Below, piece after piece: positions 13,769 through 25,721 of a stretch of 64,000 bases of DNA. The number at the start of each line of letters is the position of its first letter. The stretch's first letter is position 1. Source of the DNA: Narcine bancroftii (Eukaryota); the NCBI RefSeq assembly GCF_036971445.1, contig NC_091474.1, forward strand, positions 139,562,001 to 139,626,000, given 5' to 3'. The translations under genes were made by a program, and so were the position numbers. A model generated the notes under the pieces. The model was not told the DNA's origin. It searched no databases and worked only from the letters and a program-made list of their open reading frames with translations.

Positions 13769-14143
13769 CAATGGTTCTCAGCCTTTTTCTTTCCATTCAC
13801 ATACCACTTTAAGTATTCCCTATGCCATCGGTGCTCTGTCATTAGTAAGGGATTGCTTAAGGTGGGATATTGGTGGGAAGGGAAGGTTGAGAACCATCAC
13901 TCCAGACCCAATTGTTACTGAAATATTTTGCTTGAGAAAAATTCTCACTGGCCTATTTCCTTTGGAGTTATGAAACCATGCACATAATGGGTCAACTAGG
14001 TACATTTAAAACAGTGGTTTTCAACCTTTTTCTTTCCACTCACATCCCACCTTAAGCAATCCCTTACTAATCACAGAGCACTGATGGCATAGGGATTACT
14101 TAAAGTGGGATGTGAGTGGAAAGAAAAAGGTTGAGAACCACTA
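13769..14143. mobile_element. Composite hAT/Charlie-like MITE made of two ~130-bp palindromic units in inverted orientation
   Basis: Units at 13769-13899 and 14012-14143 each have CAGTGGTTCTCAACC-like termini. Their cores are reverse complements (ccctatgccatcggtgctctgtcattagtaaggg vs cccttactaatcacagagcactgatggcataggg). Confidence 0.8.
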
Positions 14144-14161
14144 CTCTAAACTTTTTGTATC

Positions 14162-14385
14162 GGGCAGCATGGTAGGCGTAGTGGTTAACGCAATGCCATT
14201 ACAGTGCCAGCAATCAAGACCGGGGTTTGAATACCGTGCTGTCTGTAAGGAATTTGTACATTTTCCCAACAGAGTTTCCTCCCACTGTACGTAACATACT
14301 GGGGGCTTGTAAGTTAATTGGGTGTAATTGGATGGCACAAGCTCTTAGGCCGAAATGGCCTATTACCGTGCTGTATTTCTAAATT
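14162..14385 (+). mobile_element. tRNA-derived SINE (V-SINE/HE1-like)
   Basis: Pol III A-box-like ggcgtagtggttaacg, B-box-like ggtttgaatacc, core ctgtctgtaaggaatttgtac; several related copies in the window. Confidence 0.75.
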
Positions 14386-14404
14386 AAAAATATATCTTTT
14401 AAAC

Positions 14405-14655
14405 ATTATAATTGTACACACCTCTACCACTTGCTCTGGCATCTCACTCTATATACCTATTACCATCTGTGTGAAAAGGGTGATCATCCAATCCCTTTTA
14501 AATATTTTACCCTTCATCTTAAATCTATACCTGTATCTTCTAATTGTTGAGTCTCCTTCACTGCAAGAAACACTAAGATCATTCGACATGTCTATAAACC
14601 TCATGATTTTATAAACCTCCATTAGGTCTCCCCTTAACCTCTTAAGTTCCATCGA
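14405..14655 (-). mobile_element. CR1 LINE 3' fragment
   Basis: Minus-strand LKRLRGDLMEVYKIMR..FKMKGKIF..FTQ, the CR1 C-terminal motif. Confidence 0.75.
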
Positions 14656-15320
14656 GGCCATACATGGAACTGATGGAAGGCTTTTGGAATTATTTAGTTA
14701 GGTTTTGATATTTAAATTGTTTAAAAAAAATACTTTTATCTAAAATCTGCACTTCAGACAATGGGAAGAAGCAGCATATGAAACATATTGTCAAGTCTGG
14801 CTGTTTTATATCTTGTGACTATGGTAACCCAGGTGACAGAATGAATTATTGAGGATGAGTTCTGTAGATCATATCCAAAACAGTTCAAAAATCAGTTAAA
14901 GATCCTTACTGCAGTATAAATCTGATGTTGCCAATGGTTTTACTTCATTTGTTTCTCAACTGATCTTCACCAGCCACGAGTTGGCATGTTATTTATATCA
15001 ATGAAAGAATAGCTTGTTTCACATATTTTGAAATTTGTCCGAATGGTTATAGTTAGGAATCCAGCTTAAGTTACAAAACCTTTCACAAAGGAGCATAAAG
15101 CAAAGATTTTTGTCATAAAACGTTATTGATTTGACATGATCAACTCATTTTCTCTAACTTACTTATCCATACCTACACTTTGAACAAAACCATTGTCATT
15201 ATCAGCTGTGTCAATAGTTATGTTTTTACAGCAGACATGAATAATTACTTTTTAGTCTTGTCAGTAGAGAAGTATTGCAAAAAGAAAAAAAGGAATAGTT
15301 GATTTCCTACTCTATATATA

Positions 15321-15498
15321 CACTGACAAAAGGCAAAGGAGGAAAAACCCAACCCCAACCAACCAATTTTCCCCTGCAACCGCTGCAACCGTGTCTGCCT
15401 GTCCCGCATCGGACTTGTCAGCCACAAACGAGCCTGCAGCTGACGTGGACATTTACCCCCTCCATAAATCTTCGTCCGCGAAGCCAGGCCAAAGAAGA
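15321..15498 (+). mobile_element. RTE LINE 3'-terminal fragment
   Basis: Near-identical (reverse complement) to 30241-30430 and 38065-38245; ends in gccaaagaagaa. Confidence 0.9.
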
Positions 15499-15689
15499 AT
15501 ATTGCCATGGAAAAATCATTCCTTGAGATAGTGCAAACACAATTCTATTTTTTAAATTTAAATTTAGACATACAGCAATTTCACCTGGTCTGTGCTGCCA
15601 AATGTATAGCCCATTAATCTACACCCTCGGTACGTTTTGAAGGATGGGAGGAAATTGGAGCCCCCCGAGAAAACAGCTGGAGCAGATCT

Positions 15690-18196
15690 AATACTTCACT
15701 GGGCAGTGTTTCCTCTGATGCTTTCCCAGGCCACAGAAGTAGCACTTTGGGGGGTTCCTGGAACACTGCAGCTGTGGTTGGGTCGTTACCAAAGCCGGTC
15801 AAGAGCGTCGGGAGGGTATTGCGGAGCACTGCTGTAGACTGGTCATTAGTGGAGCGGAGGGGTGGTGGCGCATCCCAGGATGGCTGCGACTGGGGTGACC
15901 ACAAGGTGGCCGTATTGTAACGTAATGAAAATAAAGCAGAAGTATTATGAGCTAGGAGAAAAAACGCACAAAATACTAGCCAGGCAACTTAAAACAGAAC
16001 AACTAAAAGAACAGTATTGGCATCAAGGAAAAAGGACAAATAAATTGCATATAACCCAACAAAGATCAATGAAAACTTTAAAGCATTCTATGAACAATTA
16101 TACCAAACTGAGAACGAGGGGAAAGAAGACAAAATAGATGAGCTTTTAGCTAAAATTGAACTACCAAAATTGCAAGAAGAGGAGCAAAACAAATTGATAA
16201 AACAATTTGAAATAGAGGAAATACAGGATACATTAAAAAAGCTACCGAACAATAAAATGCCTGGAGAGGATGGACTCCCAATAGAAGTCTATAAAACATT
16301 TTAAAGAGTTATTAATTCCTCCTCTCCTGGAAGTAATGAACCAGATAGAAGAAACACAAAACTTGCCAGATTCATGTAAAACAACAATAATTACAGTAAT
16401 ACCAAAGAAGGGGAAAGATCCACTAACACTACCATCATATAGACCAATATCTCTACTTAATTCAGATTATAAGATAATAGCAAAACTATTAGCAAACAGA
16501 TTGGCTGACTGTGTACCAAAAATAGTAAAACTAGATCAAACTGGATTTATTAAGAAAAGACGAACAACGGACAATGTCTGTAAGTTCATTAACTTAATCC
16601 ATGCAGTACAAGGAAATAAGATACCAACAGTGGCTGTTGCTTTAGACTCAGAGAAAGCGTTTGACAGGGTAGAATGGAATTATTTATTCAAAGTATTACA
16701 GAGGTTCAACCTACCAGAAAAAATATAATAATTGGATTAAAGCATTATATAATGGACCATTGGCAAAGGTGACAGTAAATGGATATATATCAAACCAATT
16801 TAAATTAAGTAGGTCAACTAGGCAAGGATGTCCGCTATCTCCCTCACTGTTCGCTTTAGCAATAGAACCATTGGCAGAACAGAAAATAAAATAAAAGGGA
16901 TAAAAATAAAGGAGAAGGAATATAAAATCAGTTTATTTGCAGATGACATCATAGTATACTTAACAGAACCAGAAATATCAATAAAATAACTACATAAGAA
17001 ATTGAAGGAATATGGAGAAATATTGGTGTACAAGATCAACGCAAATAAAAGTGAAGTGATGCCAATGAATAATACAGATTACACAGAGTTTAAAAAAGAA
17101 TTGCCATTTAAATGGCAAACACAAGCAATCCGATACCTAGGGATTAGATTAGATAATAATTTAGGCCACCTATACAAATTAAATTATCAGCCATTAATGA
17201 AGAAATTACAGGATGACTTAGAACATTGGAAAGAATTGCCACTAACATTGATAAGGAGGGTAAATTGCATTAAAATGAATGTCTTCCCAAGGAAACAATA
17301 CCTATTTCAATCATTACCAATTCCCTTAACAGAGAAATTCTTCAATGAACTAAAGAGAATAATAAGGAAATTCTTATGGAAAGAGGGGAAACTGAGGATA
17401 GCACTAGATAAATTAACAGAATGGTACAAACAAGGTGGTTTGCAGCTATCAAACTTTAAAAATTATTATAGTGTTATATTGATTCCCGGAATGCAAGGGC
17501 TAACAATTAAGGTATCTATCAGATTTTTATCAAACAAGGGGAAAACCAGATTGGACCAAGAGAGAGCTAGATAAAATAGGGGAGAAGGTACCAGAACATA
17601 TACTTTATAAGTGAGATAAAACACTGGTGCAATATAGAAGTTCACCAGTACTGCACCATTTACTCAACATTTCTGGTCACTTGGAGGAGTCTAGCATAGA
17701 CATCATTGATCTTCTGCGGGTATTGCTTTTTGAGGGTGTCTATGGCCTCCTGATACGTTGCGGCATCCCTAATCATGGAGTACTCTAGGGTGCCGACCAA
17801 GAGTGCAGTACTTGCAGTTTGTCAGTTTCTGATCACATGAAGGTCTGCAGGAATGCCTCAAAACAGCATAGCAGAGTTCTAAATTGGTAGATGCCTCAGG
17901 CAATTGAGGGTCGATTTCCAGTTTTTCTGGTTTGAGGATCTGCTCCATTGTAGAAAACTTTCAAGTGAATTAAATTGATGCACCATCAATCACTCAGCAG
18001 ACTATTGTGGAGAAACCAATAGGCTTTAATTCACTTGAGAACATAACATTACCCTGCTGTTTGGTTGACCTGCACTGGGTTGCAGGGGGCTGTGGAACAG
18101 CCACCTTTCTACAGGAGCCTGTGGGAGGGGCCACAGGTACAACCAGCCAATAGGCATGCTTGACCAGATAATTATATATTACAGTGGTTTACCACA
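15690..18196 (-). mobile_element. Truncated LTR retrotransposon (5' LTR 17976-18196 plus gag), interrupted by an L1
   Basis: LTR reads TGTGGTAAACC..GGTGCATCA on minus. gag starts MEQILKPEKLEIDPQLPEAS near 17948. A CCHC knuckle CYFCGLGKHQRKHC lies at 15703-15744 (minus), beyond the L1. Confidence 0.75.
15918..17671 (+). mobile_element. L1-clade LINE ORF2 internal fragment (RT)
   Basis: IPKKGKDPL..SYRPISLLNSDYKIIAKLLANRL..DQTGFIKKR..LDSEKAFDRVEW, RQGCPLSP, LFADD, KINANKSE, YLGIRL; frameshifted. Confidence 0.92.
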
Positions 18197-18399
18197 AAAA
18201 CCATTATCATTATCAGTTGTTGTCATAGTTAATTTCTTACAACAGACATGAATAATTACTTTTAACTCTTGTTGGCAAAGAAATATTGCAAAAAGAAGAA
18301 AAAAAGAAAGGAATAGTTGATTTCCTACTCTATTAATATTGCCATGGAAAAATAATTGCTTCAGGAAGTTTGAACACAATTCTACTTTTTATTTTTAAA

Positions 18400-18628
18400 T
18401 TTCAACATACAGCATGGTAAAAGGCCATTCTGGCCTATGAGTCCGTGCTGCCCAATTTATGCTCAATTAACCTACAACCTCAGTTCGTTTTGAAAGGTGG
18501 GAGGAAACTTGAGCTCCTGAGAAAATCCTTGCAGACACAGGGAGAACGTACAAACTCTTTATAGAGAGCGCAGGACTCGAACCACTGTAAACGCATCGTG
18601 CTAACTGCCTCGTCAACCGTGGTGCCCC
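18400..18628 (-). mobile_element. tRNA-derived SINE (V-SINE/HE1-like)
   Basis: gcagacacagggagaacgtacaaactc core (reverse), same family as 14162. Confidence 0.75.
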
Positions 18629-19304
18629 AAAAGGCTGTGAAAGTTATATATTTGCCTTCGTCAACATCAGCGGCAAACTGAAAGTAGATTTATTTCCCAT
18701 TTCTCATTCAAACTAATCAAACAACCCGTTGCCGGACAAATAACATTAAAATTGCAGTATTTGTAAATTATCTGTCCATCCAGCTCAGAAGCCCATTATC
18801 AAGAAATTGTCCATATCTATTTAAAACATTTAACCTTGTGTAATGCTGGTAACATGCAAATCTTTACCTCTAGTGTTAAATTTGAATTAAATGTAGTAAC
18901 ACACGTGTACCTTGTCGGCCTATCGTTTATCAACGTCTTTTTTTTCTAATCAGAACTCTATTGCTATTTTCTGATTAACTTGTCAAAACCTTACAGCCCT
19001 TGTTAAATGTGTTAGCAGAATCTCTGTGCTGGGAACTCATAGCAGGAGCATAAGTGCACAACAGTTACTGCAATGATGCAAGGAGTAATGTTGCTTATCA
19101 AAAGAACCAAGTGCTCCCATTCTTTCCATTAAGTGTCCTATCAGCATTAGCTTTTTTGCCAGTGAGTAGCTGCATACCACCAGCAACACACAAAATTCTG
19201 GAGGAAATCAGCAGGTTCGGTAGCACTCATGGATGACAAGAGATAGTCAGAGTTTCAGGCTGAAACCATTAATTAGTATACCACCAACATTATCTTTGAC
19301 CATG

Positions 19305-20478
19305 ACAGGATAGGTCCAAGTCAGCATGGTTTTTTAAAGAGTGGATCCTGCCTGACTAACCTATTAGAGTTTTTTGAAGAAATCTCAAGTAGGATAGACA
19401 AAGGAGAGGCTGTGGATGTTATCTATTTAGATTTTCAAAAGGCTTTTGATAAGGTGCCGCATATTAGGCTGCTCAATAAGAGGAGGGCCCGTGGAATTAC
19501 AGGCAAGTTTTTAAACTGGATAGAAAAGTGGTTGACACGCAGGAAGCAAAGGGTTGAAATTAAGGGTTCCCGTTCTGGATGGCTGCCTGAAACTAGAGGT
19601 GTTCCGCAGAGGTCAGTATTGGGGCCGCTGCTGTTTACAATTTATGTTAATGATTTAGATTGTGGTATGAATGGTTTTGTGGCCAATTTTGTGGATGACA
19701 CCAAGATAAGTGACAGAGTGGGAAGTGGAGTAGAAACCGTAAAGTTGCAGAAGGATAGAGACGGATTAGGAGACTGGGCAAAATTATGGCAGATGAAATT
19801 TAACATAGAGAAATGTACAGTTGTACATTTTGGCAGTGGAAATAAACAGGCAGAATACTATTTGGATGGGGTGAAAATTCAGACCTCGGACGTGCAAAGG
19901 GATCTGGGTGTCCTCGTGCAGAGAAATCCAAAAGTTAACGACCAGGTGAAATTGGTAGTGAAAAAAGCAAATGCTATGTTGGCATTCATTTCAAGAGGAA
20001 TAGTGTACAAGTGACCTCATTTGGAGTACTGTGTGTAGTTTTTGGCCCCTTATCTTAGAAAGGATGTGATGTTGTTGGAGAGGGTGAGGAGGAGATTTAC
20101 TAGGATGATTCCCAGAATGCAAGGGCTAACATACGAGGAGAATTTGGCAGCTCTTGGGTTGTATTCATTGGAGTATAGGAGTATGAGAGGAGATCTCATC
20201 GAGGCATTTTGAATTTTGAAAGGTTTAGATAGGGTGGATGCGGGTAAGATGTTTCCCTTGGTGGGTAAATCGAGGACAAGGAGTCATACAGCAGTGGAAG
20301 CCAGATCACAGGGAGTATTTTAACAAGAAATAGACAAGTATCTCATTAGTAAGGGCATCAAGGGATATGGGGAAAAGGTCAGAAATTGGAACTAGTGTAG
20401 CGTAGCTTAGTATAGATTTACGGAACAGACTCAATGGGCCTAGTGGCCTGGTTCTGCTCCTTTTTCTTGTGATCTTGT
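19305..20478 (+). mobile_element. CR1 LINE 3' fragment (RT)
   Basis: [61 protein letters not shown]. Confidence 0.93.
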
Positions 20479-20819
20479 TATTTATTAACAGGGTACCACA
20501 AACACAAAATCCTCAGCCCAGCATTGTTTTGCTCTAATGTAGTGCTCCACCCATTACTGTGGATTCCATCAGTAGCTTACTATATCAGATCAGTTGTGGG
20601 AATATACGGCCTTCATCTCAGCCTGCCAACCGTGACCCATCAATGGAATTGTGAGATTGCTTGAGACTGAGGACCAATGCTAAAAATCTACAAAGCTTAC
20701 AGGACATAATTCTGCTTGCAAATGATCCCTTTCTTTGATGAACACATAAAATAACATCATTTGCTCCTGCCCTTTCAAAAGCTTGGTGCTTACCTTTGAA
20801 AGTTGCTCTACCCCAAAAT

Positions 20820-21862
20820 CAGAAGTAGAATTTATTGTTACAAAATTTGTTGTTTTTCTGCAGCATTCCAGGTGCAAAATTTCTACAAATTACATTTTAT
20901 GAATAAATAAATTAATGCAACATAAGAGAGAAAGTGAAGTAGTTTCTGTGATTCATTTTCCATTCAGAAATTTGATGACGGAGTGGAAGAAGCAGTTTTT
21001 TGTCTTCGGGCTCCTATACTTTCATGATGGTAGCAGTAAGCACAGGGCATGACCAGGGTGGTGAGGGTCCTTGAAGATAGAGACTGCTTTCCTGAGACAC
21101 CGCCATTTGTAGATGTCCTTAATGGAGTGAAGACTAATGCTGGACGAGATCACAACCCTCTTCCTGTCCTGTGCATTGGCACCTCCATACAAGGCAGTGA
21201 TGCAACCAGTTAGAATGCTCTCCACAGTACACTTGTAGAAATTTCCAAGAGTCTTTGGTGACACACCAAATTTCCTCAGAAGTACTAATGAAGTATAGCC
21301 ACTGGCGACATGAAGGCCCAGGATAGATCTTCAGGATTTTGAAAAGGCTTTTGATAAGGTGCTGCAAAGGTGCACAGGACTTTGAACTTTATTATCCTTT
21401 CCATTGATGAGGACTGGTTTCAGTTCTCCTGATTTCCACTTCCTGAAGTCCACAATCAGTTCTTTAGTTTTGCTAACATTGAGTGCAAGGTTGTTGTTGT
21501 GACACCACTCAAGTAGATGATCTATCTCCCTCCTGTACTCTTCCTCAGTGCCATCTGTGATTCTACTGATGACTGAGGTATCATCGGCAAATTTATAGAT
21601 GGCATTTGAATTGTGCCTAGCTACACAGTGTAGAGAGAATAGAGCAGTGGGCTAAGCACGCATTGTCAAGGTGTGCCTGTGTTGATTGTCAGTGAGGAGA
21701 AGTTTTTACCGAATCGCACTGACTGTCATCTTCCGATGAGCAAGTCAAGGACCCAGTTGCAGAGGGAGCTGCAGTGTCCAGGTTTTGCAGCTTACTGATC
21801 AGTACTGAGGAGCTGAGGATGTTGAAAAGTGAGCTGTAATCGATGAAAAGCAACCTGATGTA
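20820..21862 (-). mobile_element. Rex1/Babar-type LINE 3' fragment
   Basis: FYKCTVESILTGCITALYG..QDRKR..KDPHHPGHAL..LLPS, with KFADDT upstream. Confidence 0.8.
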
Positions 21863-22147
21863 CTAAAGCATTTTTTCATCGCAACTGCTGGGATATAAAA
21901 AGTCTGATTTATGCATTGATAAGGTTATACATATAAACATTCCATAACATGAGTAAAATGAGCTAGGTGAGATGACCCTCGTTTGATGACCTCTATTACT
22001 TTGTTTCTCACAGTTAACTTGGAAATAAATGTACTTGATAATGATATAAGAATAATCTACATGCACTAAAATTCTTACTTGCATGTATGCAACATGCAAA
22101 AACATTAAATTTAAAATGTTCAAATCTAAATTTAATTTCTTTTAAAA

Positions 22148-22386
22148 TTTAGACATATAGCACGGTAACAGGCTATTTTAGCTCACGAGTTTGTGGCACC
22201 CAATTTACCTCCAATTAACCTACACCCCCAATACATTTGGAATGGCGGAAGGAGCTCCTGGGGAAAACCCACACAGACATGGGAAGAATGTACAAATTCC
22301 TTACAGACAGCACGGGATTCGAACCCCAGCCCTGATTGCTGGTGTTGTAAGTGTTGCACTAAATGCTATGCCAACCATGTTGTCCC
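22148..22386 (-). mobile_element. tRNA-derived SINE
   Basis: acagacatgggaagaatgtacaaattccttacagacagcacgggattcgaaccc (reverse core plus B box). Confidence 0.78.
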
Positions 22387-22499
22387 TTTAATATATACAT
22401 TAATTGGCTACAGCACGGAAAGAAATAAGAAATGCAAAGGATTGAATTGAATGAAAAGAAACAATAAATACATAAGATATAAAAAAAATAGTCATAGTT

Positions 22500-23430
22500 A
22501 CCATTGAAACAAGTGATAGACAGGACTTTTTGTTGGTTCCAGAGTAGTTTAAGATTAGGGAGGTAAGGGGAAGAGCCTGATAACTATCGGATAAAAATTG
22601 TCCTTATATGTAGATCTGTTGAATTCAGACTTCTGTACCTTCTTCATAAAAGTAGCAGTGAGAGGAAATTGTGACCAGGACAATAGTGATCTTTTATGAT
22701 GGTGGTTGCTTCTCAAGACAGAGCCTCACAAAGATATCTTCAGTGATTCAGAGATTAGAGGACATGATGGGCTATGCTTGCTTCTTTCCACATTCCTGGG
22801 CACTCAAGTTAACAAACCAGGCTATTATGCAACTAGTCACTACACTTTCCACAGTATACCCGGAAAAGTTTGAATTCAATAACATGCCAAATTTCCCCAG
22901 ACTTATTAGAAAGTCGAAGTGCAGGTATGCCTTCTTCACAGTTGCTTCAATGTTCTGGCTCCAAGAGAGGGACTCCGATATGTGAACACCCAAGAACATG
23001 AAGATTCTAAACTTATCCACCTCCGTCCCATCAATGTAGATAGATGTGTGTCCTCTCACCTTCCCTTCTAAAATCAAGATTAAGCTCTTTGGCGTTGTTG
23101 TCATTGAGAGTAAGATAAGATTGTTGTTATGGCATCATCCAACCAGATTCTCTTTTACCATCCTATATTCTGTTTCCCATTAATAGGCCAAAAATTTGTC
23201 AATGTTGTCAGTGACGTTGTTGGTTGGGTTGGAGGAAAACTTAGCTGCAGATCATGAGTGTCAAGGGAAATGAACAGGGGATTAGACATGCAGCCTTGAG
23301 GTGCCCTTGTGTGGATGGTTAGTGATGAAGAGATGTTGTTGCCAATCCGCTCTGATTGGGATCTTGCCATTCAGGAATTTGGGGATCATTTTGCAGAGGG
23401 ACAGACAGTGCCCCAGCTTCTTCTGTTTGA
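22500..23430 (-). mobile_element. Rex1/Babar-type LINE fragment
   Basis: RAPQGCMSNPL, FLGVHISESLSWSQN, TVESVVTSCIIAWF. Confidence 0.75.
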
Positions 23431-25481
23431 CAGTATGATTTTTACCTTCACTTCAAATAATTCTTACTTTTGGCTTTAGTGTCAAAAGTGTCAGTGCAGT
23501 GTCAGGAATACTTCTGATCATACGTCGTTCATTCCCACTGAAAATTATGTATATTCAGTTTAACTGAGCATGGGTGTATATTTAGCAAATCTTGGAAATA
23601 CCATATGAGTTGGCAGATTCAAATGAACCAAATTAATTTCCGAATTCCTACTGTTTCATCTTGTATCCATGTGTGCGAGTTCTTAAGCAACACATGGATG
23701 AAGGAAAAGTTTCTTTACTTTAAATTTGTTGTAAACAGCACCATGAGGCATGCCATGAGGCTGCAAGTCTCCATTACAGATCCAGCATTCTGTGTGTCCT
23801 GCTCTGAGTCAGCCCCTAGTGGCAGCCAAGTATAATCAAATGGTAAGACATTGTTAGTTGCATTGCAACCATGATCACTATCCCTTTCTTAAAGCAAAAG
23901 TACTTTACTTTTACTTTTAACTTCATTTTCTTTGTATAATTCTGTAATTTTAACTTTAACACCAAGAACTTACATTTTCGTTATTATCAACTTTGTTAAT
24001 ATTTTTTAAACTTGTTTTGTGTGTCACATTTACCTACACTAAAACTTTAAGAGCAAAAAAGATAGCACTACTTCATTCTATAACAAGAGTCTTTAAATTT
24101 GCTCTATGAATCTCTTAGGAGGAATCACATGTCTTGATGATCTCCTGATTGATTGTCCTTGAATCTGAGTTGTTGCCTCAGATGATGTCTTCTCAGATGT
24201 GTATTAAGATTGTTCAACAGAATCCGTCTTTCCATCTACTGTGGCTGGTCCCATTTGAAGATCTCGACAATTTATTCACAGAACAGCAACTTCATCTGTC
24301 TGAATGGTGTATGATCTTAGTTGGACTTCACTAAGGACAGTTCCTTTCTGAGTCCATAAGATTGTTTTGTCTCAGGCTTACTTAGTCACCAGTGTCGGTT
24401 TCCGATAGGTTTTTTGTTCCTCTGTCAAAGTCATACTTTTGCTTTTCTTTCTGTTGTTCTTTGAATTTCCTCACTTTCTCCCCCTCTTTTGTTTTTAGGA
24501 GGTTCCCCTGAATGGGTAGGTTTGAACTTAGCATACATCCCATCTGGAGTTGTGCTGGTGACATACCACATTCGAGCAGTGTTGTGTGGTATACTAGCAT
24601 GCTCTGGTAGAAGTCCGTTCCACTGTCTTTTCCCTTGTACTTCAGTCTTTTCACTGTCTGCACTGATTTTGCCACTAGACCATTAGACTGTAGAAAATGA
24701 GGACTTGGCATGGTGTGTATAAAATCCACTCTTTGGCAAACTTTCGGAACTTTGAATTACAAAACTGGGGTCCATTGTCTGTGAAGACCTCACTTGCCAC
24801 ACCACGTCTGGAGAATATGGCTTTCATATCTGTTACTACAGCATCTGCAGTGGTGGTGCTCAGTCTACACACCTCTGGATACAGAGACTAATAGTCTGTG
24901 ACCACCGGATAGTCTTTCCCTTGACCCTCAAATAGGTCAGCGCCTACCTTCTGGTAAGGTCTGCCTGGTGCTGCGTGTGGCTTTAGTGGTTCTGCAAGAT
25001 TGTTTGCTTGATATTTCCAGCATATTGTACAGTTTGAGACTTCATTTGTTATATCATTGTTGATCCTTGACCTGTACATCACCTTTCTCATGCTTTTCAA
25101 TTCCAAGATGTCCTCCATGGATCCTTTTTAGCATCTCTTTTCTTTGGGATAAGGATTTTGCTTCCTTTGTAGATGATGTCTTCAACCACCGATAGTTCTG
25201 CCCTGCATTCCAGTACTCTGAAACGTCAGGTGAGCAGTCCTGCTTTATGTTGGGCCACCAATCCAAGATGTTTTTTTCTCAGTTATATTAGTGTTTCATC
25301 TTTGTTTGTCTCTGACTTTATGAACTCCATTGTTGCATCTGATATGGGCCAGTGCACTTGTGATCATGTCCACAAATGCATTCACATCTTCATCCATTTT
25401 GGTGTTTGCGGGCTCGCTCGTGTCAACAGCTCTAGACAACGTGTCTGCTGTGTACATTAGCTTACCCTGAGTGTACGCCAC

Positions 25482-25721
25482 TGTGATAGTACAGATCTAT
25501 CACCAATGTACATAGTGTATATAGTTACTGTATCTAGACTGTGCTTACAGTGATTGGCTGAGAGCTAAGCCACACCTATTGTCTGGGCCTTAAAGGGTTG
25601 TGTCCCTAGCCAGGTCGGATCATTCCGGACTGGTCGGCCACCTGTGAAGAGCTCCGGTCTTTTGCTAATAAAAGCCTTGGTTTGGATCAACAAGTCTTTG
25701 GTTCTTTCGACGAGCTCTACA
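25482..25721 (+). mobile_element. Solo LTR nested in the Gypsy pol, TSD GCCAC
   Basis: TGTGA..CTACA termini, internal AATAAA, gccac on both sides. Removing it restores the host frame MMIRLQCYTLSVA|YTQGKLMYTADTLSR. Confidence 0.92.

Larger units (their letters stand above)
15186..18523 (+). repeat. Old ~330-bp direct duplication (copies ~15186-15673 and ~18197-18523)
   Basis: Both copies contain aaaaccatt.tcattatcag..cagacatgaataattacttt..aggaatagttgatttcctactctat..attgccatggaaaa..acacaattcta followed by a SINE 3' end. Copy 1 carries an RTE insertion. Confidence 0.85.

Noticed and set aside
14162-14240. tRNA gene
   Set aside because: It continues into a SINE body shared by many copies and has no intact cloverleaf.
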